This document shows, in pieces, positions 27,689 through 44,046 of a DNA stretch of 64,000 nucleotides (position 1 is the stretch's first letter; every line of letters starts with the position of its first letter). The notes beneath the pieces are model-generated. The model did not search any database and was not told where the DNA came from. It saw nothing but the letters and a program-made list of their open reading frames with translations. The translations under genes were made by a program, and so were the position numbers. The stretch is from Octopus sinensis (taxonomy: Eukaryota): NCBI RefSeq assembly GCF_006345805.1, contig NC_043002.1:116746001-116810000 (forward strand), written 5' to 3'.

Positions 27689-27700
<12 letters not shown>
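26690..27700. mobile_element. Foldback-type element with long inverted arms, set in TA-rich flanks
   Basis: 26690-27020 is the reverse complement of 27135-27700 except for a ~175-bp gap; e.g. ggataacccaagtggtaagttagcatgtccgtgca vs tgcacggacatgctaacttaccacttgggttatc. Confidence 0.8.
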
Positions 27701-27725
<25 letters not shown>

Positions 27726-27760
27726 TACGTATGTGTCTGTTTTAGTTTAGTGGATTAAAA

Positions 27761-27814
<54 letters not shown>

Positions 27815-28513
27815 GACCTGTATAGATGACTACAAATATGTGTGCATTTGTGAGAAAAATTGCGTTTGTATTCACATTCCTGAATCCATTATTCCATTAC
27901 GATATGCATAATAATGAAAAACACAGAAATCGTAAAACTTTAACAATATATGACGTGTCAAGAAGAAAAATAGCAACAACGGGGAGGATCGTACAAGCTG
28001 ATGCGCACACATGACTGCGAGCGCGCATGAGCACACACACATATGCACACATTTTGCTCACACAGTCAATAAACATAACAATTTAAAAACTACCCACAAC
28101 AGCACCTCACTTGCCTCCACTCACACACATTCACTCACCTACACACTCACACACATTCACTCACCTACACACTCACACACATCCCTAAATATATAAATAT
28201 AGTTAACAGAATATTTCTCGACAACGAGACAGATCTAGACTAAGGGGGGGGGGTATGTCAATGATAAGGTCGCGAATGGCGACGAAAGGATTGAGAAACG
28301 AAACCAACTGATTGGTTAATTGATCAAATGATGCAAATTGCTAAAATGAAGGCATGCACATACGTGTATGCCCATTTACATGTATATGAATAATGAAATA
28401 TTATACATTGATGAACATGAACTTCACTTACATGTAATACATGGATGTACACATTCAGCAATCAGCTATTTAATTTGCTTATTGATTAATGTATCAATCA
28501 AATAACAATATTA

Positions 28514-28589
<76 letters not shown>

Positions 28590-28590
<1 letters not shown>

Positions 28591-28798
28591 TAATCCTAGC
28601 ATCCTCAAAAGAATCCTAGGGTTAGGATTTTGAGATTGGTATTCGGATGTTGAATGTCTCCCGCGATAATTCACAACCAAGTATCAAAGATTACAACGTG
28701 CGGAAAGAGACCTTGTGAGATCTCTGACAGCAGGCTGCTGTCCGCTCTCACAGAATCTATCAGAACAAACAAGACAGAACGTTCTGAGAAGTAAAACG

Positions 28799-28800
<2 letters not shown>
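28590..28800 (+). mobile_element. Short 3' end of a Dong/R4-like LINE between (AAT)n tracts
   Basis: SILKRILGLGF* resembles the terminal GTAxILRxxL motif; (AAT)n on both sides. Confidence 0.5.
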
Positions 28801-28860
<60 letters not shown>

Positions 28861-29049
28861 TATTATTATTATTATTATTATTATATCAAGGATATCAGAG
28901 ATGATAAAACAATAATATCAATGATATCAGAAATGATTAAAGTAATAATAATGAAAGGAAACGGGTGGGCCCTCTCCATGTCCTGATTAATGATACATCT
29001 AGTGATGGTATCACAATAAAAACACTAGTAATTGCGTAACCTGATAATC

Positions 29050-31495
29050 GCTACCTCATATGAATGTCAATGAAGAAACAAAATGTTGTGAATAACGGTG
29101 GTAATGGAACTGAAGCCATTGATGGTGACAGTGTTGCACCCGGCAGGCTCAGAGATTCTGGTCCGGCTCCAGCCTGTCGATATCCAGAAAGGGACCACCA
29201 CACACGGCGTAGATGAAGCAAGCAAATTAATGCTGTGGTCATGGAGTGTTACTATCTGAGCAACCCAGTAGATGAAAATGGTGCTCAAATGAGGGCTTAC
29301 CGACAACGTATGTATGATCATTGGAGGGAAAGGGATTGTTTCAACTCACGGAACAGAGACTATGTGATCAAGCTAGAACAATAAGAAAACATCGTTGGTT
29401 GACAGAAGTAGAGCTCGAAGCTACTTGAAAAGATGGGTCTTGGAAAATAGCAGCAAAGATAACGATGAAAATGCAGTTCTTACTAATAGAAGTAATCTCA
29501 TAGCACAGGAAAGGAGCAGTGGTAGTTTACTTGAGACACATATAGGTGATCTAGAAGAAGACAATAAAACTAATGGCAACATGACATGAACAAATGGCGA
29601 TCTACGACAGAATAAAGGCAAGACTACAGGAGAACGATAGCGACATTATTTGCAACCTTAAAAAACCTTTTGATCGGTGAAAATTGAGCCAAGAAACGAA
29701 AAATGTCAATGAAATTCTGAAATACATAAAAAAAAACGACATCACAAAAACAAATAATTTGATCAAGATAGCAAGTATTGTTGTAGCAGAAAAGGTAGGT
29801 GTTAGTGTCAAGAAAAAGAAATATAATGGGAGTGACAAAAGAAAAGATCCATGGTAGAAAAGAAGAATACAGGCAGGGTTAAATATACCCTCGAAAGAAA
29901 TTTCTGTGTTAGACCGAAAAGAGAAAGGGGAGCTGAAAAGTAAACAAAAATACAGGGCGCTGAAAAGGAAGTATAATATTGAAAGAAAGGGCCTGAAAGT
30001 GGTAATGGAGGAACTGAAATAGCGCCTCGTTGCAAAGAAAGCAAAGATGGTAAGATACGACCAAAGAATTAAGGGTTACCACCAGAATAGTTTATTCAGA
30101 GTAGATCAGAAGTCTATAAATAAATAAATGGAGAGTGTACAAATGAAAAGTGATACCAGATAACAATGACAGTCAAAAGTTTTGGAGTGACGTCGGGAGC
30201 AAAGACAAGGAGCACAAGAAGGATGCTGAATGGTCGCAAGAACTGAAACAAACAGTAGTCTGTAAAAAACAGGCAGAACTAGTCATTTCAGTTAGGGAAG
30301 TGAAGGAAATCAGAAAAAAGACAATCACAGGCCGATATCCTGTTTGCCATTGCTGTGGAAGTTATTGACTGTAATACTCGCAGAATCAATGTACGAACAT
30401 CTAGAAAAAAGATAAAGTCCTGCCACATAAGCAGAAGGGTTGCAAGCGTAAGTTCAGTGGTACCAAGGATCAACTCCTGATAGACAAACTGTACTTAGAG
30501 ACTGCAAGAGGAGGAAAAGTAACTTAGCCATGTCATGGATCGATTATTGTAAGGCATACGATATGATCTTACACTCTTGGATAATGGAATGTATGAACCT
30601 ATTTGGTATTGCATCGAATGTTGAGCGATTGCTTGGAAAAAGTATGGCGAATTGGAAGACAGACCTGACAGCATACGGAAGAAGTTTAGGGACAGTAGAA
30701 ATTAGGAGGGACATCTTCCAAGGGGACTGCCTGACCCCACTGATCTTTGTACTGTGCTTGATACAATTGACACTGATTCTGAGGAAAGCAAAAGCTGCGT
30801 ATGTATTCAAAAGCCGCCAACAAAAAGTCAACCATTTGTTATTCATGGATTACCTCAAACTTTATGGTAAAGATTCAGCCCAAGTCAGTTCATTCGTTGA
30901 TAAGGTGTATACTTTCAGTGTTGATATCAGAATGGTGTTCGGACTGAGAAAGTATGGTGTATTAGTCTTGAAGAGAGGCAAAATCAAATGTATGGACAAG
31001 CTATCTATACCGTCGGGGGAGGTTATGAAGCAGATAGAAGAGACGGGCTATAAGTACTTGAGGATTTTGGAAATGGATAAATTGATGGAGAAAGAAATGA
31101 CAGAAAAAATTAAGATGGAGTATCTATGCAGACTGAAACTGATCCTTAAGTCGAAATTAAATGGACGGAATAAAATTGAAGCTATCAATACCTGGACGGT
31201 TTCATTCCTTAGATAAGAAGCAGGGGTAATTGCAAGGACAGTAGACGAACTAAGCAGCTTAGGCAGAAAGACAAGGAAGTTGTTATCTAGATATGGGACA
31301 GTCCACCCAAAAAGTGACACAGACAGACAATTTATCGAATGAAAAAAGGGGGAAGAGGACTTATTGGATGCGAACACAGCATTAGAGCATATCATGTAAA
31401 AAATACTACAGAACCACTGTTATTAGAAGTAAGAAGGTCAGGCTTGTGTAGGATGAAAGATTGCAAAGATAAAGCACTGTACAAGCAACTGAAAT
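29050..31495 (+). mobile_element. Degenerate Dong/R4-clade LINE: N-terminus and RT, 3' end lost
   Basis: [30 protein letters not shown]-terminus; [14 protein letters not shown]; SWIDYCKAYD; IFQGDCLTP; HLLFMDYLKLY (ORF 30530-31216). Confidence 0.9.
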
Positions 31496-31499
31496 AATT

Positions 31500-31635
31500 G
31501 GTAATTATTTAATTGATTCCGAGAGGAATAAAGGCAAAGTTGACCTCAGTGGGATTTGAACTCACAATATAAAAACGAGCGAAATGTCACTAAGCATTTT
31601 GCCTGGCCTGCTGACGATTCCGCCGCATCGCCGAC
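31500..31635 (-). mobile_element. SINE family 1, 5' part
   Basis: aaaggcaaagttgacctcagtgggatttgaactc..gacgattccgcc is the reverse complement of the family. Confidence 0.7.
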
Positions 31636-33001
31636 TTATTTAACAATAACGATAATGATGATGAAGTGTAAAAGTGTTCCTATCATGTTACAACAAAATA
31701 CGTTTCAGCAATCTTAAAAAAATGTGCGAGAACTGTTATAAAACTGTTGTCAAAACCTTGAGTTTCTACGAGCCCCAATTATATTAGCGAAGGTACACAT
31801 TAGATACATATACTACTCATGCAACATCTAACAGTTAACATAGACACACTTTCCTTTATATACACTCATAGCTTATCTAGAGTTTGATTTCAGCTTCCAA
31901 ACATATCGTTTCCCTTTGGCCACTTTGTGACATTAACTTTCACAGCACCCTTCAAATTCTCCCCATTTTACAGTCTCACAGCTGATTCATCATAAGTAGC
32001 TGCACTTGAACTACGGGTGTTCTTTTTTTATATGCGTTATTTCACTCTACCCTCTTGCGGCTTAGCACTTTTTTGGTATGGCATTCCTCGTAAAACTGAT
32101 TTGCTTTTATTTGTTTTCGTATTGGGAGCTTTAGTATTTTTTGCTACTTTTCCCTCTTTTAACCTTCTATGATTTTAGTGCCCTTTTTTTGTTACTCTTA
32201 TCTAAAATGTCATCGTCACCAAAGACTAGTCTCTTTGTTGTATTTCCTTTAGTTTTCTATGTTAGCTTTTACACTAGTTCTTCAACACGTGCATGTTCTA
32301 TTGTCAAGAGATGAGCAAACCTTCGCTTCTCTTCTTAAGATGGAAAATGCTAGTGTTAAAGAATTTTTGCAATGAATATTTTTGCCAATTTCTGCGATAA
32401 ATGATTCGTTGATTACAGAAAATTTGTAATATTTGACTCTCGCTGTCTTTACTTTAATTATACGCTTCAATGTAATTATATGCTTCGACATAATTTTTAT
32501 GGTTAATATGATTAAATTGTGGCGACACCTCCTGTCTGCAAATGGAAAGGTTCTCATTTTATTTCCATTTATGCTGGTTGCATAATGCTTATTAATCAGA
32601 ATAAACATTATTCTGCGCGTGTGTGATGCCATCGAGAGCTGTCCATGTTACTTTGCTTAATGTCTTGCGTTGCTATTTTGTATTTATTTGTATTAAGTTT
32701 TGCAATTTGGCTAATTCTAGAAGCCTGAGACGCAAAAAAATGAACACGCGCGCGCACAGATATACTCACACCATACAGACACACAGACGGACACACAGAC
32801 ATACATACACACTACACACATACACGCTTTCTTTGCATAGTATATTAGTTTATAAGAAGAATTAAAATATTGTAAATATGGTAACCGTGGGTGAAATAAC
32901 GAGATACACACACAGGTATGTTACATATATTTATGATATATATATTTATGCGTGCGTATTTGTGTGTGTGTGTGAGAAAGAGAGAGAAAGAGTGAGAGAG
33001 A

Positions 33002-33041
<40 letters not shown>

Positions 33042-34199
33042 TTGAGAGAGAGAATGTGTGTGTTTGTCTGTGCGAGTGTGTCTTTGTGCAACAGGATCTC
33101 GTATAGTTTCCGTTGTTAAAAGTCAATTCATATTCATGTGTCAACCCGATGCTATATTTAGGAGAAACATTGCTGGAGTGCAGTGTGGACGGAGCGAACT
33201 GAAAACTTGGAGATTGCGAAGGGATCTTCTTCACCACGCAGTTGTCTGCTCCTGTTAGCTTTATAACTTCAATGATTTTAGCTGCAGGCATAACTTTTTT
33301 CTGAGTATTCATCTATCAATTACAATGATTTAAATGCATTCTTCCAAACGTACGCACTTCTTCTGTGTTGAGAAGGCTTTTAAAGTTTTAATAAACGTTT
33401 TAGACATTATAATTATGTTTATAGCTCCTGACTAAAGTTTTAAAATAGATCAGAAATTTAACAAAAAATAACAATTTAAAGTATGCAGAATATATAAAAT
33501 GAAAACTTGCTTTCTTAGATCAACAGATTTCCTCAGAATATTTCTCATAAAATTAGATTTGAACAGCGTCTTGAATACCACTAAATTTCTTTCAGCAATT
33601 TGACAATATTATACATTTAAATCGAATTATTTTTACTAGTACTAGTTAAATTATAATTATTCATCAATTAAAGTAATCGAAACGAATTTAATAAAGCTGA
33701 TCAATATTCTGCCCAAGTATGTTCAGTTCTCCTAAACACACATGCAATGTGAAAGAAGTGCAATTTAAAAATCAATCAGAATACTCGATTGCTCTTTCAC
33801 CGACTTCAGAGTAGCCAATAAAAAATAAAATATGCAATGAAGGGTATAACAATTTTCAGTTGAACACAACTTTGACAAAGTAAAATATATAATACATTGT
33901 ACACGATCTGTAAATAGTATTTCTAATCTTTCAAGCAAAATTGTTCCTGAATTTCTCACTATCTTGATAATGCTTATGATATATTTCTTGTAGAATGGTC
34001 TGCTGAGAATATGTAATTCCCAAGGAGAATACGTTGCTCTGCTAACTGAGACGGCACTGAATAATTAAAAGAAGGATTTCTAATTTGTATTGGTCAGTCA
34101 TAAATGGCCTTTCACTTTTTGTCGACACTAAACGTTAAAGTAGCTGACTTCAGTCTGTCCCTTGTGCATACGCACTCTTTAGGTACTTGGCACTTCGAT

Positions 34200-34990
34200 G
34201 TAGTTCGACGCGAACTTTGTACGGGACAGGTTATATTTTGTGTGCTTGGAATCAGCTTGAAAATGGGAAGCCAAAACGGATATCGACACCTAATGCTTGA
34301 ACCCCGCTGGTTAACTGAAATTAACAGCGACAACCCAAGTTATACGACTAGGATGATTGCAGCAATTCACATTGCGTGTTGAAAATCATCTGCATTAACT
34401 TAATTACCTAAGTAGACTCGATATTTGGGTTCAGCATCTGTTGAATAAAGCTAACCTTTCCCAACAAATTTCCATATCTGATTGGTTGTAGAAAGGTGGG
34501 GATAACGATTCATTTTTTAATAGAATGATGACATGGAACAGAAATATATCATTTATAGCAATGTGACGACGAAACAATCATGGGGAAAAGTTATGTTTCA
34601 AATTTAGTGGGATTGGAAGGGTGCTGTCTTTTACAAACTTTTTTGTACGGACAGGACCGCCAAGTCGGACGCGTACTGTGACCAACTGGAGAAATTAAAC
34701 TCAGCGATCCAGCCATGGCAATGCCAGACTGCACACTTCTTTGCTGATGAAGCACAAGTTACTGGGACCTGGCTGGGAAGTTTTGCCGCACCTTCCATAT
34801 TCGCGCCTTTCAGGTATCCACTTGTCTCAGTACCTTCAACTCTGAAGAGGATGTATAAGTTCACCTGGGACAGCTTTCGTAAGTAAAGACGGAAATTCCT
34901 GGAGTAAGATAGAATATACTTGAACGAAACCAGATAGTTATAACATTGATTGAATAAATTGCTCTGTGCTTTCAAACTTGCTTTAAAAAG
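34200..34990 (+). mobile_element. Degenerate mariner transposase remnant
   Basis: SRLDIWVQHLL, NDSFFNRMMT, WKGAVFYKL, YCDQLEKL, HGNARLHT, GWEVLPHLPYS in correct order. Confidence 0.8.
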
Positions 34991-36756
34991 TTTCATTGTT
35001 TAATAAATTATCACTCGTATTAAATTTGTGTCCAATGGAACAACTAGGTGTAGAAGAGCCCATGCGACTACAAAAGTCAGCTACTGAATACAATATTATT
35101 TATGGTCTATATTTAGGTAATTTAATGTTATAGCATTTGATATACAGCTCATTAAAGCAGCTAATTTCCATTTCTTTTTCGGAAAGAATCAGAAGCGTGT
35201 GACATGTAATGACTTTATTCTCATCTTGTCGGTGAAGCATAGACTCTACCTTACCGAACTAATCGTGAGTCACTTCGTAAATGCATTGGCTGGCATAGAA
35301 AATAGATTTATAGATTGAGTTAGAAAATAAATAATTTAGAGACAATGAAGTTAAATTTATGCAGACATATTTAATGCACGAAGCATTACAACTGACTAAG
35401 CCAACATTCTGACAGCAGATACTACCAAAAAATCCTGGATAGCTTTCTGCATTCATGGATATTCAATCAATGTAGTTAAATTAATTATCACTATAAATAA
35501 TCTCTATTGGTTATGGTGTTCATATTATAACTGGAGAACGGAATTAATATTGCATCACAAGGAATGATTCCTAAAACAAACATTTTATTCCGGAAATAGA
35601 ATATTCAAGTATAATTTGCTCTCAGCGTTTCTGTTCAGTTTGGCACTTGTCTAGTTTACTACTCTTAATTTCATTGGAAGTCGCTGAGACCAAGATCTGT
35701 TGCTCACTATGCATAGACGATAAATCAAAGACTAATTCCGTAAACAGTAGCATAGAATAAAAAAAAAGAAAAAAGAAAAAGCTAGAAAGCAATAAAATCC
35801 CTAACGTTCTCAGAAGCCGAATATTCAATATAGTGAACAAGATTTTACCAGAAATATTATATATATGTATCTATTGACAAATCAAATTATATAGAAATAC
35901 TTGAACATGCATGCAAAAACGGACACATGCTTCACACAGGCGTTAAAAATTTACTTCACAACAATTGAAGGTCTTGTCAATGTCTTTAATGATCAATTGA
36001 ACTTTCTGCAAGGGGATACCTCCAGGGAAAGTATGAATTGAACGGGTTGCAGTAAAAGATTTTGAGTCATAATAAGAAAAGAAAAAGGAAATTTTGTGAT
36101 TCGGATGGAAATGTTTAAGTTTGTGCACGACTTTCTCATACAGTGCAGCGGAAACTGAAGCACCCGTAACAGTGTCAGGGACAGAATACAGGGTCAGTTA
36201 AAGTGTTTGTAAGTAAAGATTTGCTAATCCCTCAGATGACCTGTTATTTGTTTTAGAATGTCTGTTCCTATAGCAGCTGCTTTTTCCATTTATGTGAACA
36301 TTACTGCAATATGGGTCTGACATTAAGATTTTCGGTGAGAAGCTCTTCAATACTGAAATGGTTTCTTGACATAATGTCGAAATATGTCCTTTGCAACCAA
36401 CCTTTCATATATAGTCACCTCAAAAAACCACCTGAGACTATGAGGCTTAAAATTATGGTAGGTTTTGGTTGTGAGTGGTTGATGAGAAGAGACCATAGTT
36501 TCCTTAACATCTATTGTGGCATTTCAAAGAAATTATGTTGCTATATTCCAATTAGGAAATGTTTCCATAAGTCTTTGTCTGTGCGTGATGAATCTACACA
36601 TCGGTGGGGTAGCGTTTATGTGAGAGCAGTTAGGGACGATCGAAAATCATATTATCTATATCGGAGGGAGAAGTTTACAAAGATGAAACCTGAACCCTTC
36701 CCGGAACGATCTAACAAGTAACTTTTATTCCCAAAGTTGAGAGCCATTAGGGCTAA

Positions 36757-36906
36757 TAACGCCTGGGATAAATTTTGAAAAATATAGAATAAATAGTAGA
36801 GAAGAAAATAAAACAAAAGAGAAAAATGTCAAGAGGCGAGGGTCAGTGGGATCGATGTAATCGACTTATCCCCCTCCCAAAATTGCTGGCCTTGTGCCAA
36901 AATTTG
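36757..36906 (+). repeat. 150-bp direct repeat, copy 1 (unique A-rich segment + SINE family 1 3' end)
   Basis: Three substitutions versus copy 2 at 39536-39685. Confidence 0.9.
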
Positions 36907-37317
36907 GAAGACGTCTTTTTATGGTAAAATGCAATAAAATTCCTTACGCCGAAATTCTAAAAGATTTGACGACACGTGTGTGATGTAGTAAGGGAGATGT
37001 ATACACCATGAATAGAAATTGTATAGAGGCTTATTGGAGAGGACATCACAAGTGATAAATTATTGTTTCTTTCTGAGCTCAACAACTCTGTGATCCGTGT
37101 CTCACTAGTTGACAGATAGCCATTTTAGGGTTGTTGAGAAAAAGAAAATACAAAGTCGTAAACTCAGGAGCAAACTGTCGAAAGGGGATAGAAATGACGA
37201 GAGAAGTTTATACAGTCAGTGACTGGGCACAAGATGTTCACAACTTTATCTGAGAATTGTTGCAAAGTTATGTATATATATATATATATGCATATAATAT
37301 ATATATGTGTGTGTGTG

Positions 37318-37348
<31 letters not shown>

Positions 37349-37786
37349 GCATGAGTTCAATTACGCACATCTAGAAACTTATCTATAGCCAGATTTTGTT
37401 ATTGTAAACAATGCTAATAGTCATAACAGACGTTACAAGAAATTTCTTTTCTTCTAAACCGCAAATATTTCGAAAATATATATCATGCAGAGGGACAGCT
37501 TGATTCTATTTTCTCTTACCATCGCGAACAGCAAAATGCACTTGAATAAAGATTATAGTGAGCCCCCCACCACACACACAGAGGCACGCGCACGGCCACT
37601 CCACCCCCACAATACACAATCGAAAATTACCGTTTTACCGGTTTTCATTTAACCTACTAAAGTCTCAAAATCACACAATGTTATCTTAGAAAAGAAGGAA
37701 ATCTTAGATAATGTTTTCCATATACTGCCTAAAATATTAGACAAGATAAGTATTACAGGTCTATATTTGAGAGATGAAGAATTAAG

Positions 37787-37935
37787 TACATTACTTACAT
37801 TTGACGGATATTTGTCATCATCTTGTTTGTTGTTAACACAACGTTTCAGGTGATGTCGGATGGAGAGTACATCAGCCGAAACGTGTTAACAACATATAAG
37901 ATGTGGACAAATATCCGTCAAATGTAGATAATGTA
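37787..37935. repeat. ~150-bp imperfect palindrome (MITE-like or inverted pLTR ends)
   Basis: acatttgacggatatttgtc..gttgttaacac..cgtttc pairs with gaaacg..gtgttaacaac..gacaaatatccgtcaaatgt. Confidence 0.85.
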
Positions 37936-38199
37936 AATAATGAAGGTAGGTATTGTTCATAGAACTTCTCGACTTGAGTAGCTAAACGAAAGCCCGTTTA
38001 ATAACAACGGACCTACTTCTAACAGGTGGTAGTGACTGTACTAATGGTAGTGTTCGTGGTGATGGAGACGGGTAAGAGTTATGAAGGTGATGATTACCCG
38101 CTATGAAATATTGATACAAATATATTCGAATAACGTTTTTGAAGCAAATGACATCAATGTCATTTCTTATCAAGTTAATTATCTAATGAATTTTGGTGC

Positions 38200-38317
<118 letters not shown>

Positions 38318-38689
38318 CTATAAATCTTGATATCATGTCATTTCCTGAAATGTTATATACTGTTATTGCTCAGAATTTGCATATTGACTGCTTTCCGTTG
38401 CAGTGTCACGCCAACGTGTAGTTTAAGAGAAGGATCTCACGTCTATCAGAAAATATACAGGCACTAAGAATAAGACTGGTGAGAAGTAATCATTCTCTCT
38501 CTTCTGAACGTGAACAGATAATGCATTGAATAAATTAGTTGCAGATGGGTTATAAATTCATCTTTACATCTTTTCATCACGATTATATTAAAGTACGCTG
38601 CTCGACTTATATTGATCAGAGAAGGATAGAAAATAAAATCAAAAATAAGAGACCATTAAGTCTGAATCATATGAAAGTGTTGTCTTTCT

Positions 38690-38880
<191 letters not shown>

Positions 38881-39535
38881 TGTAAGCTGTGTAATTTTCC
38901 TTTCCTCTTTGATGATGCCTCGCTTGTTTCAATTGATAGGTAATATTTGATTTTCTCTTCCTTTTTGCTTTTCTCTATCACTGTCCTTTGTTTTCTGCAA
39001 AGCTTTTGGTGTTAGAATTTGCTGTAACTCTTAATCTTTGTAAACACGTGACAATGTACTCTCTATAGGGAAAGTGCGATCTAATTTTTGCATATATATA
39101 TACACACACACACACACAATATATATATATATGTATAAGAAAAAGTGATGACAGGAGAAGCAATAGTTATGTTATGAACTTCATTAGCTTATAGCTATGC
39201 TTCTGCTATAAGCTGCAGTGGACTCGTAGCTGAGTGCTTGAATAACATCCTATAGCTTCATCGGAGCCTCGAATATGAAGTGCAATATACAGGGAAGGTA
39301 TTACCAATGAGAAAGTTTGAATAAAACACCAGGTTATTAGTCTCGCAGTGCTTAAGCGAAAATGTATATATATACAAGATGGGAATACTTCATAAGGCTG
39401 CAGCATCCAGAAATTCAAAATATATTAAATTTGTGGTGAGTTAGGTCTTCGAACGAACAAACCAGAACAGAGTGGACGTATAAACTGACGAAGATAAGCA
39501 TTAAGGGCCGTTAGGCCAAGACGAATTCTCATGGG

Positions 39536-39685
39536 TAACGCCTGGGAGAAACTTTGAAAAATATAGAATAAATAGTAGAGAAGAAAATAAAACAAAAGAG
39601 AAAAATGTCAAGAGGCGATGGTCAGTGGGATCGATGTAATCGACTTATCCCCCTCCCAAAATTGCTGGCCTTGTGCCAAAATTTG
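39536..39685 (+). repeat. 150-bp direct repeat, copy 2
   Basis: See 36757-36906. Confidence 0.9.
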
Positions 39686-40759
39686 AAACCGATATTTAGA
39701 TAAATCTACCATGACAGAATTTACTCACATACTTCCCACCTAATTCTTAAGAATTCACTAATCAACTGAGGCTGGCTAGTTTTAGTAAAAATGATATAGT
39801 CCGAGTCATAACTATATGTTTTTCGTTCGGATTTGAAAGATCACAGATTTGACTAGATCACAGAGCTTTTCGACAGGAATCGAACCGACTAATTCTGTCG
39901 ATAATACTTACCTCTCCATTTGAAGTCACCGAAATATTGTAAGAGGAAGCTACTTAGAAAATTACTATCACGACTGTGAATAGTATAACACGCTTGCAAA
40001 ATAGTACAAAATTGTTGCTAAAGTACAATGCAACGTGGATGAGTAGACTCGGGAATACGACGCCGATGAGATAAAGTATCCCTCGTTCTCGTTCACCTAC
40101 GAAGAGAGTTGTCTCGCCTTATTTGAAGTTTTCAAGGATTTTTAAAACTTAGCATCTTAAAGGGACTTAAGACACAATTCCACAGTTAATAGCTGTATAA
40201 ACAAAACGCTTACATTAAATGACCTCGGTGAAAGATAAAATATATATTCTTATCTATGCTTGAAGTGCTACGAAAATGTAAATATTTTTAACTCATGAAA
40301 TATCACCACAAAATGTCAACTTCAGAGTTATTAATTGCTTTGCATTGTTTACACAAGTGTTGGACGGTCAGACACGCGGATCGAAGATTTTTTCCATATA
40401 TAGGTACCTTAGTTTCTTTACATAAATTTCATAATACAACTGTTAAATTTCATTTTTATTCCCGATAATGTGCATGTAGTTGGAAAAAGATTCTGAAATC
40501 TTAGGTAGAGTCAAAGTGTAGATATGGTAAAATATATAGGCGTAGATATATGGTAAAAGAAGTTGCTTTAACAAAATGCCAACCTTTATGAAACGCATCA
40601 ATTTATGGAGACATAAATATATTCTCTATATGAATCGTTTCGATATTGAATTGTCAATAGTCTAACAGACAACACCCTTCACAAACGATAGAATAAAGAA
40701 AAATTTAATTAAAAAACATCGATTTGACTTTAATCTAAAAACTTGATAATAATAATAAC

Positions 40760-43250
<2,491 letters not shown>

Positions 43251-43970
43251 GGATCTCTGATACCAGTGGAATCGACGTAGTTAACACTCCTTTTTAACGG
43301 CTGCAAATTAAACATATGTAGGGTGGAAAGTACAGAAGTCAGACGTGTGTGCCAGAGATTGGAATGTTATAGTGAGTGAGTGTATGTATAGCGGTACCAA
43401 AGTCTGAAATGTAAGAATCGTACTTCAATGAGGTAAGTAGTTATCAAGGGTGGAAGTACTCTCTAGCTCTGCAGAGGAAAGTCAGTAATGTAGCTTTAGC
43501 GATGTCGAGAACTTGCGTTCGATAGAAGACACCGAAAATGATAGTTTTGCAACGACCGTGAGAATCCTAGAACCGGTTTTTTTACTTTTTAGGAGCGATA
43601 AGGTACAATAATAATTCTTCTTGATATGTGTAGTGATGATGTCTTTGAGAATTTGAAGATAAGTAGATTGATATGATCCAATTGAAGGCTGTTTCCGGGG
43701 TCTCTATTCAAGTAGTCAGTTGGGATATTTTATAGTGGACCCTTTGAAAACACTTGAGTGCAGCGAATTGGAGTTAAAAATAAAGGGTGCTATAATGTGG
43801 ATCGAAGTGTTGTGCGGGATCTTTGTAATCTGCTTTTAACACTCCCCAAGGTCGATAAAAGTGATTTTAATAAAATATTTTCATTCTAAAATTTCCTGGT
43901 ATTGCGCCAAATTGTCATGGTATGAAATAGTATGGGATACAATCAATTCAATTCTTTATTACAATTGTTT

Positions 43971-44046
43971 GCACTTGTCGAATAACAGCACTTGTCGAAT
44001 AACAGCACTTGTCGAATAACAGCACTTGTCGAATAACAGCACTTGT
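43971..44046 (+). repeat. Tandem repeat, 4.5 x 17 bp (gcacttgtcgaataaca)
   Basis: Units at 43971, 43988, 44005, 44022 and a partial unit at 44039; no spacers. Confidence 0.95.

Noticed and set aside
36311-36721. 136-aa ORF with upstream acceptor at 36256
   Set aside because: No recognisable motif, no in-frame neighbouring exon; length is compatible with chance.
43971-44046. CRISPR-like array
   Set aside because: Contiguous 17-bp repeats with no spacers, eukaryotic context and no cas genes.
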